From assembly GCA_012103505.1 (NCBI GenBank), contig WLWP01000003.1, positions 19,767 through 83,766 on the forward strand: a stretch of 64,000 nt of DNA, given 5' to 3'. Below the pieces are notes generated by a model. It had not been told where the DNA came from. It did no database searches and worked only from the letters and a program-made list of their open reading frames with translations. Positions 59,300 through 64,000 of this stretch are shown here, in pieces. How positions within the stretch are numbered: position 1 is the stretch's first letter; the number at the start of each line of letters is the position of its first letter. Source of the stretch: Pseudomonadales bacterium (lineage in GTDB: Bacteria; Pseudomonadota; Gammaproteobacteria; Pseudomonadales; Azotimanducaceae). The translations under genes and the position numbers were made by a program.

Positions 59300-59457
59300 C
59301 ATTACGCATAAAATGATCTGATCCTTTTTCTCTCAACTATTCCTCCCTAATTTTCCATAATGTTGGTGTAAGCCAGATATCGACATGCGTGTTGATTGTG
59401 AATATGATGTATGTAAAATCACAATTGTAAGTGATATCTATTACACGGGAGGCCGAA

Positions 59458-59562
59458 ATGAGTGAGGCGGATGACCCGAAAGGGCCTAACAAAACCGGGC
59501 AGGACACCCGCAAACTGATTCAAGGTGGTATTGCTCAAGGCCCGTCAGGGGGCGTTCTATGA
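59458..59562 (+). CDS. 34-aa leader ORF
   Basis: GGAGG RBS, ATGA overlap with the next gene, TTGATT-16-TAAAAT at 59392-59419. Confidence 0.5.
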   Translation: MSEADDPKGPNKTGQDTRKLIQGGIAQGPSGGVL

Positions 59563-60086
59563 GTGACCATGACGAAAAAACAAGAAAAAAGGCCCGGTCA
59601 GCTGGTAAAAAGGGGCTATTTAACGTCGGGCTCAATGCGGCAACGGGTGGGGCGGTCGAGTTCTACAACGTTTCAAGGAACCTGTTCACTGGATATGTGG
59701 CAGCCCCGATAATTGGTGCTAATCAGAAGCGATTGGTTGATGCCTGGCGTCTGGAGAAGCTTCAGAGCGATTTGGAAGACACTAAGATTGCGGTAGGGCG
59801 GCCAGCTAACGTCATTGCATCAGCTGTCTCTGACCTAGAGCAGTGGCTAGATTGTGCCGCCACCGGCACGAACAACGCTCGGTCCACTAAAGCCAGTAAA
59901 CCGTCGCCTAAATCTAGGAAACCCTCGGTTTACGATCAGCATGCACTCTCCCAGGTTGACCACTATGACGTTGTTTCGCGCGTGGTTGAGTTAATGTACA
60001 AATGCGAAATAGAAGAGATCGTGATATCAAGCGTGCCTGGGTATTGTGGTTGGCGGGCTGCGGTGATCTGGCTACGCAATGGATGA
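59559..60086 (+). CDS. hypothetical protein
   Basis: 175-aa ORF. Confidence 0.5.
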   Translation: MSDHDEKTRKKARSAGKKGLFNVGLNAATGGAVEFYNVSRNLFTGYVAAPIIGANQKRLVDAWRLEKLQSDLEDTKIAVGRPANVIASAVSDLEQWLDCAATGTNNARSTKASKPSPKSRKPSVYDQHALSQVDHYDVVSRVVELMYKCEIEEIVISSVPGYCGWRAAVIWLRNG

Positions 60087-60193
60087 CCGAAGCATGTGAT
60101 TATCGTCACTTCACCATTGATGACAGCTCGAATGATGGCAAGCAGCAACGTGAGCGGATGACGTGACGGAAAACTGAGATTTCGGGAGGGCTG

Positions 60194-60730
60194 GTGGCGC
60201 TGCCGACCTATCTGTCGCAGGGTGAGGGTCATGGGCTACGTCATCTCTATCACGTAAGCCGACCTGCAGGCACGTTACAGCTACCGATCTTTGCGAAGAG
60301 TCAGCTGCCCGATGGGGGTACTCCTAAAATCTACGCGCTCAAAAACACAGGTGCTGAAGTCGTTGCTCGCCGGTTTTGCGATGAACATCGCAAGTTCAAG
60401 TTTTGCCCTGTAGATCCAGAAGCCACCGGCGATGTGATCCTCAACAATGGTGACCATGTCGTTCTGGCTCAAACTCAAGCGATGTATGCCACCCGTGTGG
60501 CGAAGCTCAGGCAGCTCCAGGGGCGGGTGCCTGAGGAGCTCATGGTCTTCGCCTGGCGTAAGAAATTCTGGAAAAACGCGGACTTCAAGGCGCTCAGACA
60601 AAGCGTGGAGCAGATGTTGTTCAACGCGTGGGTCGCCGCCCGTAGTGATCCGGCTGTCATGGAAGCGTTTGAACAAAATGAAGCCCACCGGGACCGTTTT
60701 AGGACTGTGGCAATGCCACGTCTTAGTTGA
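60194..60730 (+). CDS. hypothetical protein
   Basis: 178 aa, GGAGG RBS. Confidence 0.65.
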   Translation: MALPTYLSQGEGHGLRHLYHVSRPAGTLQLPIFAKSQLPDGGTPKIYALKNTGAEVVARRFCDEHRKFKFCPVDPEATGDVILNNGDHVVLAQTQAMYATRVAKLRQLQGRVPEELMVFAWRKKFWKNADFKALRQSVEQMLFNAWVAARSDPAVMEAFEQNEAHRDRFRTVAMPRLS

Positions 60731-60886
60731 GGTTCTGTGTCAGCTCTTCAGCACCGTTGACCTTTGTTTCGACATGGTAGAGAGGAAACGCTCAGCTTGG
60801 CTACTTTGAATTTGCCAAACCGATAGGCGAGTTCAGAGCGCTTCTATTGATATGGCTAAGGTAGAGATTCTGATCGATTCTCTGAG

Positions 60887-61507
60887 CTAGATAATAATTG
60901 TAATGCCAGCGCGTATTCCCGCTGTCCTCGCGTCGCTTAAAAATGATAGGTCCAGGCTGCCATCCCGAGTATCGGATTCGGTGAAATCGGACTCGAATAC
61001 GCGATCTCCGTAGAACAAATACGCGTCATCTGGGTCACATTGATTAGACGTCCACACTAGTCCATCAATGTGCGGGAACTGGTGATGGATTGCCTCTGCC
61101 CAGAGGTAGGTTTGACTGTAGAATTTCGCCGTAGATTCAATAAGATCTCTTCTAGACACCCGCCACTTGCTTAGATCAGGTCTTCTAAGTTTCGCCAAAA
61201 CAATTTGTCTATTCGTGACTAGGGTCGTGTGGGACATCACATCTACACGACTTCGCGCCACGGTCTTGAGCTTTGCCTTGGGCGGTACGTCGTGAAACAC
61301 TGTTTCAAACAATGCGGCTTCCAGTGACGATCCAGCATAAAGAGACGGAATGCAATTGCCGTTTATGTCGTGGATCGGTGCGAATCTTGTGGCTGTTCCC
61401 ATGCACGGATTGAAAACGTTTCCAGCGCGTATGCTTTCGTGAATGCGTTCGAGTTGAGTCCCTGGCGTTAAGGCCTCTTCATTTGGAGCGCTTAGTGACG
61501 CACTGGG
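60887..61507 (-). CDS. RES-domain toxin; start codon unresolved
   Basis: Frame open to 61507: LERIH...FNPCMG..TRFAPI, LYAG...ALFETVFHD, GLVWTS; first standard start is at 61402. Confidence 0.75.
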   Translation of the reverse strand, partial: PSASLSAPNEEALTPGTQLERIHESIRAGNVFNPCMGTATRFAPIHDINGNCIPSLYAGSSLEAALFETVFHDVPPKAKLKTVARSRVDVMSHTTLVTNRQIVLAKLRRPDLSKWRVSRRDLIESTAKFYSQTYLWAEAIHHQFPHIDGLVWTSNQCDPDDAYLFYGDRVFESDFTESDTRDGSLDLSFLSDARTAGIRAGITIII

Positions 61508-61517
61508 TTACAAAGGC

Positions 61518-62273
61518 TTAGCCCACCGTGACTTCTGTGGTGCGTTCTGCGGCGTCTATCACCTCATTGGGAGCATCTAAACAGTCTTGTGGAGCTTCAC
61601 CGTCGAGCCACCCATTCCCCGAAGCAAACCAAAATGCAATCTGCCAGGGTGAGAAACTACTCGGCAAGATATTCAAAACCTTTTTAATAACCGGCCGGGG
61701 CTGTCCGTCTCTAAACTGAAACGCTGGGAAGAGCTCCATGCCTTTCTTAGCGACTGAAAAGAGCTTTCGATCCCTTCTCCATCTCGAAGCGGGCTCGCTC
61801 TTATTTTTTGGAGACAGGCCGGACAGCTGGCGGACTTGCGCGCTGGTGAGCAGTTTTTCTGATTTGAGGTAATCCGCACGCAGCTGAGCGTTGTCCATCT
61901 CAAGGTCTAACTCGACGTTTGCGCGTTCACTATCATTTAGGACGATATCTACGAGCTTAGAGATATTGTCTTCTGACAGGGCTTGTTTTCGCAGATCAAG
62001 AACTTCGAACATGCGCTCAATGCTTTTGAGGGCGACTTTGCTAGAAACCTGCGTCGGCATAGCAAGCGTGAATGCTTCGCTAGCTAGACTAACGGTCACT
62101 TCCAAAGGCATGGGATTCACAAATCTACGGCCCCTAGTGCTTTTCGTTCTGTTTTTAGCTCTAACGCGCCCTGATGCTTTTACATTCACCACAGGAACGT
62201 CTATTGATGGCTTTCTTTTCTTTTCTGCCTTGCTTTTCCTAAGCGTATTTTTTTCAGCTTCTTGCGGTGTCAT
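61518..62273 (-). CDS. MbcA/ParS/Xre-type antitoxin
   Basis: FPAFQF..GQP.P, WQIAFWF...NGWLDG..P; directly upstream of the RES gene. Confidence 0.8.
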   Translation of the reverse strand: MTPQEAEKNTLRKSKAEKKRKPSIDVPVVNVKASGRVRAKNRTKSTRGRRFVNPMPLEVTVSLASEAFTLAMPTQVSSKVALKSIERMFEVLDLRKQALSEDNISKLVDIVLNDSERANVELDLEMDNAQLRADYLKSEKLLTSAQVRQLSGLSPKNKSEPASRWRRDRKLFSVAKKGMELFPAFQFRDGQPRPVIKKVLNILPSSFSPWQIAFWFASGNGWLDGEAPQDCLDAPNEVIDAAERTTEVTVG

Positions 62274-62330
62274 CTTTGACCCCTATGTGAAACGAGTGAT
62301 GATAGAAATTGTAACACAAATCACGAAATC

Positions 62331-63041
62331 ATGATAATGGGCAGTAAACTACATATCATCTGTATCACAAGTCGGGCCTCGTCGCTAAGGGCAAATATAT
62401 TGCGCAGTGGCTATGTTTACGACATCAAAATGATAAAGGCCTCGCGGATGCCTGCGGGTCGAGAAGTACGCATCGGTGAACTCGAAGCCATCATCCGAAT
62501 GTGTCGCGACGATAAACATGAAGCGACGGCTTGGCGTGACATCGCGGTGGTCGGTCTACTCTATATTTGCGGGTTAAGGCGTTTCGAAGTGGCTTCTGTC
62601 GACATCGAACAATTGAGTCTCGATGATTCGCGGATAGCGATAATCGGCAAGGGGGACAAAGAGCGCTACGCGTATCTGGATCCAGGTTGTAAAACCGCAG
62701 TGGAACGCTGGCTAACCTACCGACAAAGTGAGGAAGGACCGTTGTTCCTGCCGGTCAACAAAGGAGGCGTGGTGCAGTTTACTGGCCGGGTCAGTGACCA
62801 GACAATCTACAACATCATTAAAAAGCGGCAGAAGCAGGCGAAGGTACAATCCTGTTCGCCACATGACTTCAGGCGTTCATTTGGGACTGAATTACTGCGG
62901 CAGGGAATTGATCTACCGACTGTACAGCGTCTAATGGGTCACGCGGATCCTGCAACGACTGCACGATATGATGTTAGGCAGTGGGAAGAAGATAAAGCAG
63001 CTACGCGAGGATTGCATTTGCCGGTAGGCGGGTTGGATTGA
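62331..63041 (+). pseudogene. tyrosine recombinase catalytic domain, N-terminal binding domain apparently missing
   Basis: RD.A...LL...GLRRFE, GKGDKER, HDFRR, MGH....TARY; homology begins only near 62430. Confidence 0.75.
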
Positions 63042-63169
63042 TACGGTTTAGCTCGTTGAGATTAATCGCTTGGAATAGGAGTGTGTTTAATGAAGGAGTT
63101 AGTTTCACCGATTTGCCTACCCGTTGGACTGACAGCAATGCCAATACCTACTAGCGATTCGTCCTCTAG

Positions 63170-64000
63170 GTGCGGAATGCGGTTGTGAGCAGCCCCTCAG
63201 CCGAAAATGTACTGAGCGTATTTGCTCCAGCTCTGATGCGCTTCAATCAACCTGGCGTAGACGATTCCCGACGATCGCGTGCGCAAGCGCTCGAAGCGGT
63301 AGCTGCCTGGGAGAGTGCGCTTCTTCATCTCGTCTTATACGCAGATGAGGTATGGATACCTGATCTGGATCGACTTGCACGCGATGTCGTATCGGACCTG
63401 CTTATGCCACGCGGGGAAACACGCATCACTCGATCGCTTCACAGTCCGATCGAGGAAGTGAGTCGACAATGGGCCGGACCCTTTATGCAGCTCCGTGATC
63501 GATTATCACCTTTGATCGAAAAAAACATTATACGAACCTACTCGCCAAATCTGGTTTATCTAAGAGTCGCTGAGGAACTATTCGGCGAATATCGTGGATT
63601 TACTGATCAGGAAATGGCGACTGCGTGGCCGGAATTGTTTGTTTGTGAAGGCATTCTCACCGCTAAACAACTAGGCGTCCCTTACACCGCGGTTACACCA
63701 GACGAATTCAAGACTATCGATCAATCCATGGACGAGATACAACAGATGTTAAAGATCGATCAGAGAGTGCTCGCCGGTGTGACTTCATTAACGCTCCCGG
63801 GATTTGATTTAGCGCCATCATCTCTAGCATCAGCTCGACTCGATGAAGAGGCATTCGCAGACTTTAGACTGATCGTTCGTAGCGCATTCCAAAGTATCCT
63901 CGAGGATCTAGCGAGCGACCAGTTTCCGTCGGACGTTCGTCGTATTGAGCGCGACGTTCTGAATCCCGCTCTTGCCGCGCTTTCAACTTCGTTGTCGCGA
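63170..64000 (+). CDS. hypothetical protein running off the right edge
   Basis: Frame open from GTG 63170 / ATG 63236 to the window end (at least 255 codons). Confidence 0.7.
   Translation, partial: MRNAVVSSPSAENVLSVFAPALMRFNQPGVDDSRRSRAQALEAVAAWESALLHLVLYADEVWIPDLDRLARDVVSDLLMPRGETRITRSLHSPIEEVSRQWAGPFMQLRDRLSPLIEKNIIRTYSPNLVYLRVAEELFGEYRGFTDQEMATAWPELFVCEGILTAKQLGVPYTAVTPDEFKTIDQSMDEIQQMLKIDQRVLAGVTSLTLPGFDLAPSSLASARLDEEAFADFRLIVRSAFQSILEDLASDQFPSDVRRIERDVLNPALAALSTSLSR

Noticed and set aside
59300-59380. dif/pdif (XerCD) site
   Set aside because: CATAA half-site-like sequences occur but there is no TTATGTTAAAT XerD arm at 6-bp spacing
1-64000. tRNA, rRNA, IS transposase or phage structural genes
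   Set aside because: None recognised by eye; tRNAscan-SE and ISEScan would be needed to exclude them formally

Overview
The window looks like a 64-kb slice of a large, probably proteobacterial, plasmid or chromid. Mobilisation: a MOBH-type relaxase and a TraD coupling protein; no mating-pore genes are in the window. Backbone: a PRTRC cluster with ssb, a RecD2 helicase, an iteron replicon (TrfA-like Rep with about 15 GATC-rich 18-bp iterons), and parA followed by three tandem ParB-family genes separated by IHF/palindrome cassettes. Cargo: cytochrome P450, NfeD/SPFH, an MBOAT acyltransferase pair, class II RNR, SixA, a signal peptidase, an outer-membrane beta-barrel and a RES toxin-antitoxin pair. 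The main unexplained signal is a 14-16 nt non-palindromic motif, GYGCTCCKTAHWCT, found about 18 times. Most copies lie on the coding strand 23-36 nt before a start codon, including those of rep, the relaxase and parB2. It ends in a TAnnnT hexamer and has no shared -35. The window also encodes a shortened RpoH-like sigma factor with a degenerate region 4, so I infer a plasmid-private sigma regulon. Other candidates are a multibranched RNA with complementary loops after nrdJ, a promoter-driven C-rich hairpin whose other strand is a G-quadruplex motif, and several single-lesion split genes. All family calls come from recognising motifs by eye; no searches or folding programs were run.
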